Source of the DNA: Bacteroidota bacterium
GTDB taxonomy: Bacteria > Bacteroidota > Bacteroidia > UKL13-3
Direction of reading: 5' to 3'
DNA length: 64,000 bases
Assembly: GCA_027487835.1 (NCBI GenBank)
Contig: JAIYCU010000020.1
Span: forward strand, 10,970-74,969
Positions 39,708 through 49,381 of the stretch are shown piece after piece. The position numbers and the translations under genes are program-made. Position 1 is the first letter of the stretch; each line of letters begins with the position of its first letter. The notes under the pieces were generated by a model that was not told where the DNA came from, did no database searches, and saw only the letters and a list, made by a program, of their open reading frames with translations.

Positions 39708-40925
39708 TTATTTTTTTACAGGATTTCCCTTCATTGGGGTTTTATAGATGATGGCACTATCTAGTTTTCCACCATTTGATTTGTCATTTGACATAGGTGT
39801 TTGGGGTTTTAATATGGCTTTATATTTTATAGAATCTTGTTTAGTTAAGGTTCTAATAGCTGCAATGCTATCCAATTGCCTTTTCATAGGATTTGTTTCT
39901 TGCGGGATTCCATTATTACCAGCTTTTTGAGGTAATAGGATTCCACTTGGTATAATTCTGGCGCCAAAGTTTTGCGAACCTTTTATGCGGGGCGCTATCA
40001 GTACATATTGATTATTTTTTGTAAAACAAAGGTCCTTAATTCCAATTTCCTCATCCAGCCATTTACTGATAAGTTTACCCGTTTCAGATTCCCAAACGCG
40101 CACGGAACCATCATTACAGCCTGTTATACAGTATTTACTGTCCTCAGTAAACCCAACTGACACTACCTTCCAACACTCAGTATTTAAAACAAACAATGTT
40201 TTCATGGTTTTTAAGTCCCAAATTCTAGCACTTTTATCATTTGAACCACTGATTAAATATTTATTGTTTGCGCTCATTGCTAAACAATTTACCACATCAG
40301 TATGCCCATCTAAAGTTCTCACTAATTTGCCAGTGGCCAAAGCGAAAATTTTTATTTGTGGGTCGCTATGAGCTATAAATATGTTGGCAGGACTAGGGCT
40401 CAAACATAAATCTTGGATTGAATTACCTGTTAAATAGTGTCTTACCGATTTTTTATTGGCAAGGTCCCACATAATCAATTTTCCATCCTTGTCTCCGCTA
40501 AATAGAAATTTTCCACTTCTGTCGAATAAAACGGCATGCACTGCGGTTTCATGTTTGTTATTTCCCCCTTCACTTAAGGGTACAAAGCGGTATAGGCTAT
40601 CATATAATCTAACTGTTTGGTCGCTAGAACCGCTGGCAAACATATTTCCTGCGAAGTTGTAGCATAAAGCATTAACTGGGGCTTGGTGTCCTATTAATTT
40701 TTGAACCAAGGTATATGGACTGTCGCTTTGGTAGATTAAAATTTCATTGTCCCAACCTGCAACTGCCATGCGTTTATATTTAGCCGGACTCATAGCGCAG
40801 GTATTCAAATCATTCCTTGCACCTTGCAATACAATCGGGATAATTTCTTTGCTTTCTTGCGCTAGAACCAGGGTTTGGTTCAAACCGAAAAGTAAAATTA
40901 TACTTGAATAGAAATATTTGAGCAT
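39708..40925 (-). CDS. Secreted WD40-repeat beta-propeller protein
   Basis: Signal peptide LLFGLNQTLVLAQ; at least six WD40 units (for example GHQAPVNALCYNFAGNMFASGSSDQTVRLYD, KDGKLIMWDL, GSNDKSARIWDL). Confidence 0.75.
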   Translation of the reverse strand: MLKYFYSSIILLFGLNQTLVLAQESKEIIPIVLQGARNDLNTCAMSPAKYKRMAVAGWDNEILIYQSDSPYTLVQKLIGHQAPVNALCYNFAGNMFASGSSDQTVRLYDSLYRFVPLSEGGNNKHETAVHAVLFDRSGKFLFSGDKDGKLIMWDLANKKSVRHYLTGNSIQDLCLSPSPANIFIAHSDPQIKIFALATGKLVRTLDGHTDVVNCLAMSANNKYLISGSNDKSARIWDLKTMKTLFVLNTECWKVVSVGFTEDSKYCITGCNDGSVRVWESETGKLISKWLDEEIGIKDLCFTKNNQYVLIAPRIKGSQNFGARIIPSGILLPQKAGNNGIPQETNPMKRQLDSIAAIRTLTKQDSIKYKAILKPQTPMSNDKSNGGKLDSAIIYKTPMKGNPVKK

Positions 40926-40966
40926 GGTGCAAAAATACTTAAATCAAGCACTTAACAAAGATGCTT

Positions 40967-41263
40967 TTACAGAAAAAACTTTAATAAGACAATGATAAAA
41001 CCATAAAGAAAGGTGGAAAGGATGACTCCTCTGCTAGCAAATAACTTATCGAAATGCATGAAAGAGAAGAATATACCTAAGTTTATAACACAACAAAGTG
41101 CCAATAAAGGGGATAGTAATTTTTGCTTAACCGCTAGGTTTAGAAACACATCTAAACTCGAGGTATTAAAGTTAAAAAGGTAAAAAAAATAAATTACGAT
41201 ACTGGGAGCTATTACTCCACATAGAAAGCCTACAATTAAGTTATCTAGCCAGCCAAATTTCAT
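40967..41263 (-). CDS. Small hypothetical membrane protein (3 TM)
   Basis: ORF only; hydrophobic profile. Confidence 0.35.
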   Translation of the reverse strand: MKFGWLDNLIVGFLCGVIAPSIVIYFFYLFNFNTSSLDVFLNLAVKQKLLSPLLALCCVINLGIFFSFMHFDKLFASRGVILSTFLYGFIIVLLKFFL

Positions 41264-41304
41264 ATGATGTTATTAGGATATGGGTATGCAAATAACATCA
41301 ATTG

Positions 41305-42078
41305 TTATGGATTTATTGTCCATTGGTGCAAATACGACAATGCGCTGTGTGCAGTAAGGTCAAAATGCACAGGAACAACAGAAGCATATCCATTTGTTAA
41401 GGCCCATTCGTCGGTATCTTCTCCTTTATCGAAATTTACAAATTTGCCAGTTAGCCAATAATAACTTTTTCCATTGGGGTCTTTTCTTTCGTCAAAATCT
41501 TCTTCCCATTTAGCCCAAGCTTGTCTGCAAATTTTCACACCCTTAAATTCTGTGGCTTCAAGTTTAGGGATATTTACATTGAGTAAAACGCCTTGTGGCA
41601 AGCCATTTGTTAGGATATTTTCTGCCACATTGCTGGCAATTTTTGCGGCCAATGAGAAATCTGCGTCAATTGAAAAATCGCATAGGCTAAAACCTACAGA
41701 TGGAATTCCTTCTATTCCTCCTTCAACTGCCGCGCTCATGGTGCCACTATATAAAATATTAATGGAGCTGTTTGAACCATGGTTGATACCTGATACCAGA
41801 AGGTCTGGCTTTCTATGCAATACCTTATCTACTGCAATTTTAACGCAATCTGCGGGTGTTCCGCTGCATTGATAGGCTGTAAGGGGTTCATATAAATTGC
41901 TTTTTTCTAAGCGTAAGGGTTTAGAAATGGTAACAGCATGACCCATGGCACTTTGTGGGCTATCTGGAGCAACTATTACTACCTCACCTAAATGCTGAAC
42001 CGCAGCAATTAAAGCTTTGATGCCGGGGGCGCCTATGCCGTCATCATTGGTTACTAATATTAAAGGTTTTTCTGTCAT
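41305..42078 (-). CDS. surE: 5'/3'-nucleotidase SurE
   Basis: ILVTNDDGIGAPGIKAL N-terminal motif. Confidence 0.92.
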   Translation of the reverse strand: MTEKPLILVTNDDGIGAPGIKALIAAVQHLGEVVIVAPDSPQSAMGHAVTISKPLRLEKSNLYEPLTAYQCSGTPADCVKIAVDKVLHRKPDLLVSGINHGSNSSINILYSGTMSAAVEGGIEGIPSVGFSLCDFSIDADFSLAAKIASNVAENILTNGLPQGVLLNVNIPKLEATEFKGVKICRQAWAKWEEDFDERKDPNGKSYYWLTGKFVNFDKGEDTDEWALTNGYASVVPVHFDLTAHSALSYLHQWTINP

Positions 42079-42083
42079 GTCAA

Positions 42084-43631
42084 TTAAAATGGTACTGATC
42101 CGCTAAAATCACCAGTATCTTCTTCGGTATTAAGTTTAGAGCTGATGGTAATAAAACCAGGGTTATCTGGGATAAGATTTGAACCAATATTGCTAAAGGC
42201 ATCCTCGTTTAAGTCGGTAAATTTAGTGAAGTCACTAATAAATCGAAGGCGAATATTTTCCAAGGCTCCATGTCTATTTTTGGCCATCATCACTTCTGCC
42301 TGTCCGGTAGTTGGTTCTCCATCTTCCCATTCTGCGAGTGAATAATATTCAGGTCTATAAATAAACATTACCATATCTGCATCTTGTTCAATGGATCCAG
42401 ATTCACGCAAGTCAGAAAGCATAGGCCTATTGGAACCGCCTGTTCTTCTTTCTGTCATACGACTCAACTGTGAAAGGGCAATAACGGGTACGTCTAGTTC
42501 TTTGGCAAGTGCTTTTAAGGACCTAGAAATAAAACTTACTTCTTGTTCGCGGTTTCCGTTCTTATTGTTCCCATCGTCTCCTCGCATGAGTTGAAGGTAA
42601 TCAATAAGCACCATTTGAATATTATTTTGTTGTTTGAGTCGGCGGCATTTTGCACGTAACTCAAATACTGATAGGGCAGGGGTATCATCAATAAAAATGG
42701 GCGCTTCGCTAAGTCGGGCAATTTTAGAATTAAGCTGAGCCCATTCATAGTCTTGTAATTCTCCTGTTCTTAGTTTATGTCCATGTATTTCGGCTTCGGC
42801 ACTAATCATCCTGCTTACCATTTGTTTATTACCCATTTCAAGGGAAAAAATAGCAATGGCTCTAGGCTTTTCGTCTGGGCCTAAACTCTCGAGGGATGCA
42901 TTTCTGGCGACGCTCAAGGCAAAGGCAGTTTTACCCATACCGGGTCTAGCTGCCACAATAATAAGGTCAGATTTTTGAAACCCAGAAGTCATTCTGTCTA
43001 GTTTAGCAAAGCCGGAAGGAACACCTGTAAATTTACCAGTTTTGTGTTTAAGTTCTTCGATGTCTTTTAAGGTATCAATGATTACCTTTTTCATGCTTTG
43101 CATAGCCTTTTTGATATTTCCTTGGGATAATTCAAAAAGTTTACGTTCGGCACTATCTAGTAAATCAAAGGCGTCTTTATCATCTTCAAAGGCTTCTGTT
43201 TGGATTTCGCCCGAAATTCGAATCAACTCACGTTGAAGGTATTTTTCGGCCACGATTCGGGCATGATAATCAATATTGGCAGCAGAGGCAATGCGATTAG
43301 TTAGTTGGGTAATATAAAAGGCTCCTCCAACAAGGTCTAGTTCTCCTCTCTTTCTAAGTTCAGCTGTAACCGTTAATATGTCGATTGGCTGGGCATTGAT
43401 TGCCAATTCTCGAATGGCTTTGTAAATAATGGCATGCGATTCTTTGTAGAAACTTTCGGGTAATAAAATCTCTCCAATTTGGGTAATAGCATGTTTCTCT
43501 AACATTAATGCCCCTAAAACCGCTTCCTCAAGCTCTAAGGCTTGTGGGGGTATTTTTGATCCTTCAAATTGATAATTAACTTGTTTGGTAAGGGGGGTCC
43601 TTTTCTTTGTGTTCGTTCTTTCTTCTGCCAT
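42084..43631 (-). CDS. dnaB: Replicative DNA helicase
   Basis: N-terminal DnaB domain (PQALELEEAVLGALM), Walker A GARPGMGKT, RecA-like fold motifs. Confidence 0.95.
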   Translation of the reverse strand: MAEERTNTKKRTPLTKQVNYQFEGSKIPPQALELEEAVLGALMLEKHAITQIGEILLPESFYKESHAIIYKAIRELAINAQPIDILTVTAELRKRGELDLVGGAFYITQLTNRIASAANIDYHARIVAEKYLQRELIRISGEIQTEAFEDDKDAFDLLDSAERKLFELSQGNIKKAMQSMKKVIIDTLKDIEELKHKTGKFTGVPSGFAKLDRMTSGFQKSDLIIVAARPGMGKTAFALSVARNASLESLGPDEKPRAIAIFSLEMGNKQMVSRMISAEAEIHGHKLRTGELQDYEWAQLNSKIARLSEAPIFIDDTPALSVFELRAKCRRLKQQNNIQMVLIDYLQLMRGDDGNNKNGNREQEVSFISRSLKALAKELDVPVIALSQLSRMTERRTGGSNRPMLSDLRESGSIEQDADMVMFIYRPEYYSLAEWEDGEPTTGQAEVMMAKNRHGALENIRLRFISDFTKFTDLNEDAFSNIGSNLIPDNPGFITISSKLNTEEDTGDFSGSVPF

Positions 43632-43915
43632 AACTCTTTAACCGTGTCGGAAGATAGCAACTCGCCACCGATTTCTTTGTCTTATTTTTCTTATCAACAA
43701 GGAGGAAATTTGCAAGGAGAACTTGTTAATAACACCTTTCTTTTTTGTTAAAGCTTTGAGGTTCAAATCTAACTTTTCCACATAACAGATTTTGGGTCAA
43801 ACCTAATTAATTGAAAGCCATTCAAGGATTTGTCTTAGGCTTTTAGCAGTAGTTTTTTTTTCACAAAGATTGGGAATAATTAGGTTACTTCGTTTACTTT
43901 AAATTTAAGAAATAA

Positions 43916-44947
43916 GTGCCAGCAGATAGTTTAATGGATTATGAAAGATTGGTGGGAGATTTAAAAGCCAAAAGGTTTAAATCTATCTACCTTTTACATG
44001 GAGAGGAGTCATATTTTATCGATCAAATTATGGCTTACATAGAAACCTATGCCTTAACCGAAATGGAAAAAGCCTTTAATCAATCCATTTTGTATGCTAG
44101 AGATATCGAAATCAGTGCGGTAATAGAAAGTGCAAGACGCTATCCAATGATGGCCAATTACCAAGTTATTATACTTAAAGAGGCACAGTTTTATAAAAAG
44201 TTGGATGAGTTTGAGGCTTATTTTGAAAACCCTGTTCCCACCACCATTCTCGTAATTGCTGTAAAAGGCAAAAAAGTGGATGGTAGAAGTAGACTCTATA
44301 AATTGGCTCAGAAATATGCCTGTTTTGAGTCGAAAAAATTATATGAAGACAGCGAATTGCCGAAATGGATTAGGCAATACCTTAAAGAAAGAAAGAAAGA
44401 GATTTCTGATGCAAATTGCATGCTTATAGCCGACCATGTTGGGAGTGATTTATCTAAGGTTGCCAATGAATTAGATAAACTACTAATTAATACCGAAACT
44501 GAATCTGAAATTTCTGAAACTTTAATTGAACAACAAATTGGAATTAGTAAAGACTTTAACGTTTTTGAATTGATGTCGGCACTTGCCCACCGCAATGCTA
44601 AACGAGTATTTTATATTAACTACCATTTTAGTAATAATAAAGAGTTTTCCATTATTCCATTGCTTACGCAGTTTAATAGCTTTTTTATGAAGGCCGTTAT
44701 TATGAAGCAACAAAATATTAGAGATCAAAAATCTATGGCAGCTATGGGGGTTAGATTTCCGCAGGCTAGAGATTATGAAAAATTATTGGCTAATTATGGC
44801 ATTCTTGAATTAGAAAAAATCATGGCACTAATTGCAGAATATGACCTTAAAAGCAAGGGTTTTAATCAGAATAAGGTTGAAGATAGTGAGTTAATGAAAG
44901 AGCTTTTATTTAAAATACTTTACAGACCGCAACTGGAACCAATGTAA
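43916..44947 (+). CDS. holA: DNA polymerase III delta subunit
   Basis: 343 aa; IYLLHGEESYFID N-terminus typical of HolA. Confidence 0.8.
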   Translation: MPADSLMDYERLVGDLKAKRFKSIYLLHGEESYFIDQIMAYIETYALTEMEKAFNQSILYARDIEISAVIESARRYPMMANYQVIILKEAQFYKKLDEFEAYFENPVPTTILVIAVKGKKVDGRSRLYKLAQKYACFESKKLYEDSELPKWIRQYLKERKKEISDANCMLIADHVGSDLSKVANELDKLLINTETESEISETLIEQQIGISKDFNVFELMSALAHRNAKRVFYINYHFSNNKEFSIIPLLTQFNSFFMKAVIMKQQNIRDQKSMAAMGVRFPQARDYEKLLANYGILELEKIMALIAEYDLKSKGFNQNKVEDSELMKELLFKILYRPQLEPM

Positions 44948-45028
44948 ACAATTTGAAAGGGATTTGCATTTTTTAGTTAAATCCCTACTTTTGACAAAAC
45001 AAGCTTAATAACCTTAAATTAATATACA

Positions 45029-46894
45029 ATGAAAAAAATCTACTTATTGGCCCTTACAGCCCTTTCAGGTTTTGCTTTTGCGCAGACGCCGAAAGTTCTT
45101 AACGGACCTAATGTGGCGCGTCAGGCATCAAAAGTAACGGAAGCAGAACAAGCTGCTCCAGCCAAATCTTTCCCAAAATCAGATTTTACTTACCGTACCT
45201 TAGGTAAAAAATCGTTTTTGAGCAAAGTGGGTGAAACCCAAAACGACCAACAAACAAATTCTTCTATTTATCGTCGCGTGCAATTATTGCCTAACGGAAA
45301 AGTTTCTTTAACTTGGACAACTAGTAGCGATCCAGCTCCTTACGCAACTCGCGGTGCGGGTTACAATCATTTTAATGGTTCTGCTTGGGGTCAAGTTTCA
45401 GCTAATCGTATTGATGTTGAAAGATCAGGTTTCCCTTGCTACGTTTATAACCCAACTACCAACGAAGAAATCATTACTTCACATATTGTAAAACAAGGTA
45501 CAGGTAATGCAGGTGGTATTTTAATGAACCGTAAAGCAGGCGTTGGTCCTGGTACTTGGACTTCAACTACTGTTCTTGATACCGTTGCAACTGTTCCTGG
45601 TTTATTATGGGCACAAACTGCAATTACGGGTGATTTTATGATTGTAATTGGTTCATACACTGATTCATCAGAAACACAACCAAACCGTGTGGTTAAAAAT
45701 GGCGTTCGCACACCTCAGGTATACTCACGCTACCAATTTAGCACAAACACCTGGTTAGTTAAAAACGCGTGTTTACCTGGATATGATAACACACGCTATT
45801 ATGCAGGTGGTGGCGATAACTATAGCATTGATGCAAATGGTTCAAACGTTGCCATCCTTATTGGAGGCTTAACAGATGATTTAACATTATACAAATCTAC
45901 TGATGCTGGTGCTACTTGGGGAAAAACAATTATTGACTCTTTCCCAGTTCCAGCTTACGATTACAAAACTTTATTTGATACTTCATTTACCAATGACGGT
46001 TCTGTACACGTAACTTTAGACAATGGTGGTAAAGCACATTGTTTCTGGTCTAGAGCTCGAGTTCTAGATGCAAATACAGATGATAACAATGTTACTTATT
46101 TCCCTGGTCAAAATGCAATTTTCTATTGGAATGATGCAATGGCTGTTGCAGATGCAAAAAACATTGCAGGAATGCCTGATGAAAACAATAATAATGCGTT
46201 AGATTTAGCTACTTCTTGGAATGAAACCGGCGCCCGTTATGGTAACCACTCAATTCCAACCATGCCATATGCGGCTATTTCTGATAATGGAATTATCTAT
46301 CTTACTTATTCTTCTTTAACTGAAGATGATATCAGTACAGATAGCAAAAATTTCCGCGATGTTTATTGCACTTATTCTGCTGATGGTGGTAATACTTGGA
46401 GTGGCATTGCAAACCTTACAGGCTGGATTGGCTTGAACTACGAGCAAGTTTTCCCTTCAGTATCTAAGAAAATGGATGGTCGTTTACACCTAACTTTCTT
46501 ACAAAAAACAACCATCGGACGTTACGATGCCACCAACAACCCTGGTGCTGCCGGAACGCATGATGTTATGTACATGGTAATTGACACAGCAGACATTACC
46601 AATGGTCTTGTATCTGTGGCTTCATACAAAAATGAATTGTTTACTGTTGGTCAAAATTATCCAAATCCATTCTCTGCAACTACAAGTATCCCTGTTAGCT
46701 TTAAGCAAAATACAGATGCTTCTATTAGCATTGTAGATGTAACAGGTAAGTTAGTTTACAACCAAGCTTACGAAAATATTCCTGCTGGAAGCGCAGATAT
46801 TGAAGTTAGCTTAACCAATATCAAAACAGGTATCTATTTCTACACCGTAGAAGCTGAAGGTATCAAAGTAACTCGTAAAATGATCGTTGAGTAA
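45029..46894 (+). CDS. Secreted BNR/Asp-box repeat protein with T9SS C-terminal sorting domain
   Basis: Signal peptide; Asp-box motifs STDAGATW and SADGGNTW; C-terminal GQNYPNPFSATTSI...GIYFYTVEAEGIKVTRKMIVE sorting-domain-like segment. Confidence 0.75.
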   Translation: MKKIYLLALTALSGFAFAQTPKVLNGPNVARQASKVTEAEQAAPAKSFPKSDFTYRTLGKKSFLSKVGETQNDQQTNSSIYRRVQLLPNGKVSLTWTTSSDPAPYATRGAGYNHFNGSAWGQVSANRIDVERSGFPCYVYNPTTNEEIITSHIVKQGTGNAGGILMNRKAGVGPGTWTSTTVLDTVATVPGLLWAQTAITGDFMIVIGSYTDSSETQPNRVVKNGVRTPQVYSRYQFSTNTWLVKNACLPGYDNTRYYAGGGDNYSIDANGSNVAILIGGLTDDLTLYKSTDAGATWGKTIIDSFPVPAYDYKTLFDTSFTNDGSVHVTLDNGGKAHCFWSRARVLDANTDDNNVTYFPGQNAIFYWNDAMAVADAKNIAGMPDENNNNALDLATSWNETGARYGNHSIPTMPYAAISDNGIIYLTYSSLTEDDISTDSKNFRDVYCTYSADGGNTWSGIANLTGWIGLNYEQVFPSVSKKMDGRLHLTFLQKTTIGRYDATNNPGAAGTHDVMYMVIDTADITNGLVSVASYKNELFTVGQNYPNPFSATTSIPVSFKQNTDASISIVDVTGKLVYNQAYENIPAGSADIEVSLTNIKTGIYFYTVEAEGIKVTRKMIVE

Positions 46895-46917
46895 TATCAT
46901 TGATTATATTCTTAAAA

Positions 46918-46945
46918 AAGGCAACCTTTGGTTGCCTTTTTTATT
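46918..46945 (+). terminator. Rho-independent terminator
   Basis: AAAAAA-GGCAACC-ttt-GGTTGCC-TTTTTT. Confidence 0.8.
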
Positions 46946-46953
46946 TTATCAAA

Positions 46954-47940
46954 ATGCGAAATCATCAAGAATCACTTCGTGTCCAGTCATGGGTGCTTAT
47001 CATTGGCTTACTGTTAATGATTGTAAAGTTTGCCACGCACATTATTACGGGTAGTAACGCAATACTAAGCGATGCGCTAGAATCGATTATCAATGTGGCC
47101 GCAGGTGCTTTTGCTTTATATAGTATTCGTTTGGCAGGCCGACCCAAAGATTTAAATCATCCATATGGCCATGGTAAAATTGAATTTGTTTCTGTAGGTT
47201 TTGAAGGCGGATTGATTGTATTGGCAGCCATTTATATTTTGTTCGAAGCAGTCCATTCTTTTATTGTTCCCAACCAAATTAAATCCTTAGACATTGGGAT
47301 TTGGCTAACCTTGGGTTCGGGCATTGTAAACCTTATTTTAGCACTCGTTTTAATGCACTTTGGTAAGAAAAATAATTCCAATGCCATGGTGGCAGATGGG
47401 AACCATTTGCTAACCGATACTTACACCTCTGTAGGTTTAATTGTAGGCTTAGGCTTGGTTTATTTTACAGGCTTGGTTTGGATTGATGCCTTTGTTGCAT
47501 TACTAATGGGTGCGTTTATATTGGTTACCGGACTTAAATTAATAAGACATTCTCTTTCTGGATTATTAGATGAGACGGATGAAGTCATTATTAAAGATAT
47601 TTTGGTTTCTTTAAACAAAGCAAGAAAGCCAGAATGGGTAGATGTTCATAACCTTCGCGTGGTTAAACATGGGGCTAATTATCATATCGATGCACACGTT
47701 ACCTTGCCATGGTATTGGTCGCTTGAAAGAGCCCATGAGGAGTTACACCAAATGGAACATATTATTGATGCTCAATTCCCTAATGAAACCGAACTCTTTA
47801 TTCATGCAGATCCTTGTATCCCTAGCTCTTGCCAAGTTTGTATTTTGGCAAATTGTCCTGAACGCAAAGCCGATTTCTCGCAACAAATAAAATGGGATAT
47901 TGCCTCAATTACCAATAACAAGAAACACCAACTTAATTGA
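46954..47940 (+). CDS. Cation diffusion facilitator family transporter
   Basis: 6 TM, HxxxD-type motifs (HLLTDTYTS), C-terminal cytoplasmic domain; start moved to the ATG at 46954, downstream of the terminator. Confidence 0.85.
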   Translation: MRNHQESLRVQSWVLIIGLLLMIVKFATHIITGSNAILSDALESIINVAAGAFALYSIRLAGRPKDLNHPYGHGKIEFVSVGFEGGLIVLAAIYILFEAVHSFIVPNQIKSLDIGIWLTLGSGIVNLILALVLMHFGKKNNSNAMVADGNHLLTDTYTSVGLIVGLGLVYFTGLVWIDAFVALLMGAFILVTGLKLIRHSLSGLLDETDEVIIKDILVSLNKARKPEWVDVHNLRVVKHGANYHIDAHVTLPWYWSLERAHEELHQMEHIIDAQFPNETELFIHADPCIPSSCQVCILANCPERKADFSQQIKWDIASITNNKKHQLN

Positions 47941-49333
47941 AAATTTTACCTGGGTTCAAAATTCCTTTTGGGTCAAAGGCTTCCTTAATTCGTTTCATTA
48001 AGTCTAATTGAAATTGGGGCATTACAACCGACATGAATTTTTGTTGAACCAATCCAATGCCATGTTCTCCGCTAATGGTGCCTTTAAGCTTTTTACAGAG
48101 TTCAAATATCTCAATAATGGCTTGGTTTATTTCGGTATTCCAAAAGTCGTCACTTAATTGGTCTTTTAAGATATTTACATGCAAGTTACCATCACCTGCA
48201 TGCCCATAACATATGGTTCTAAAACCATATCTATTGGCAATTTCTTTCACCCCTTCAAACAGTTCTGGTAATTCTGCTCTAGGTACTACTGTGTCTTCCT
48301 CTTTATATACATTGTTGTGCTTGGTGGCTTCGCCAATGCTCCGTCGTAGTTTCCAATAGTATTCTTTTTGGGCAGCCGTTTCTGCCAACAAAACATCTAA
48401 GGCCTGATGATTATACAATACCTCACTAATTGTTTCACATTCATTCATCATGGCTTGATAATCGTTGCCATCTACTTCTATCAATAAATAAGCTCCTACC
48501 TCATCTGCAATGGGAAAAGGAATGTTCAATAAATCAGCGGCCAATCTAAATCCATCTGGTTCTATAAACTCACATGCCGATGGGTTAGCTCCTGCCCTAA
48601 AAATGCCGCTTACGGCTTCGCAAGCCTTTGCTGGCGAGGCAAAAGGGGCAAATAATAAAAGTGTATTTTTGGGTAAAGGCAATACCTTTAAAACCATTTT
48701 TGTTACCACACCCAAAGTGCCTTCGCTGCCAATCATTAATTGGGTTAGGTTATAACCTGTTGAGTACTTCAAGGTATTTGCACCTGTTTCTAAGATTTCG
48801 CCAGTGGCTAACACCACTTCTAGGTTCAAAACGTAATCTCTAGTGGTGCCATATTTTACCGCTCTTGGTCCGCCACTGCTGTGTGCAACATTTCCCCCCA
48901 AAAAGCATGAACCTTTGCTGGCAGGGTCTGGTGGGTAAAATAAACCAATTTCTTTTAGCACATTTTGTAAGGCCTCATTTATTACACCTGGCTCTATATG
49001 TACTTGGAAATTTCTTTCATCTATTTCCAAAATCTTATTAAATCTTACCATGCTTAAACTAACGCCACCCATCACTGGTAAAGCGCCCCCACTGAGTCCA
49101 GTGCCCGCTCCGCGAGGTGTCACGCAAATGTTTTGCGAATTACAATACATTAAAATTGCGGCAACATCTTCGCGTGTTCCTGGTTTTAGTACCACTTCTG
49201 GGTAATAACATAAATCCTCTGTATAATCCCTTGAATGGGCCGCTAAATCTGATGGCTCGGCAAGTACATTTCCGGGGCCAAGTAAGCCGCTAAAGTAATT
49301 TATATCGGTTGGGTCTACCTTTTTAAATGTCAT
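47933..49333 (-). CDS. FAD-linked oxidase (GlcD / D-lactate dehydrogenase family)
   Basis: FAD-binding PCMH-type domain (RGAGTGLSGGALP) and C-terminal FAD-oxidase domain. Confidence 0.85.
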   Translation of the reverse strand: MTFKKVDPTDINYFSGLLGPGNVLAEPSDLAAHSRDYTEDLCYYPEVVLKPGTREDVAAILMYCNSQNICVTPRGAGTGLSGGALPVMGGVSLSMVRFNKILEIDERNFQVHIEPGVINEALQNVLKEIGLFYPPDPASKGSCFLGGNVAHSSGGPRAVKYGTTRDYVLNLEVVLATGEILETGANTLKYSTGYNLTQLMIGSEGTLGVVTKMVLKVLPLPKNTLLLFAPFASPAKACEAVSGIFRAGANPSACEFIEPDGFRLAADLLNIPFPIADEVGAYLLIEVDGNDYQAMMNECETISEVLYNHQALDVLLAETAAQKEYYWKLRRSIGEATKHNNVYKEEDTVVPRAELPELFEGVKEIANRYGFRTICYGHAGDGNLHVNILKDQLSDDFWNTEINQAIIEIFELCKKLKGTISGEHGIGLVQQKFMSVVMPQFQLDLMKRIKEAFDPKGILNPGKIFN

Positions 49334-49381
49334 GGTTCAAATATGCTTATTTTTTTATTAGGTTTGAACCAAACATAGATT

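Noticed and set aside
43690-43700. DnaA-box-like TTATCAACA upstream of dnaB
   Set aside because: Single copy with one mismatch to TTATCCACA; no box cluster or AT-rich unwinding element arrangement, so no basis for calling an origin.
43745-43760. tRNA T-loop-like string GGTTCAAATC in the dnaB-holA intergenic region
   Set aside because: No acceptor, D or anticodon stems can be folded around it; it is a one-mismatch variant of the abundant GGTTCAAACC 10-mer, not a tRNA.
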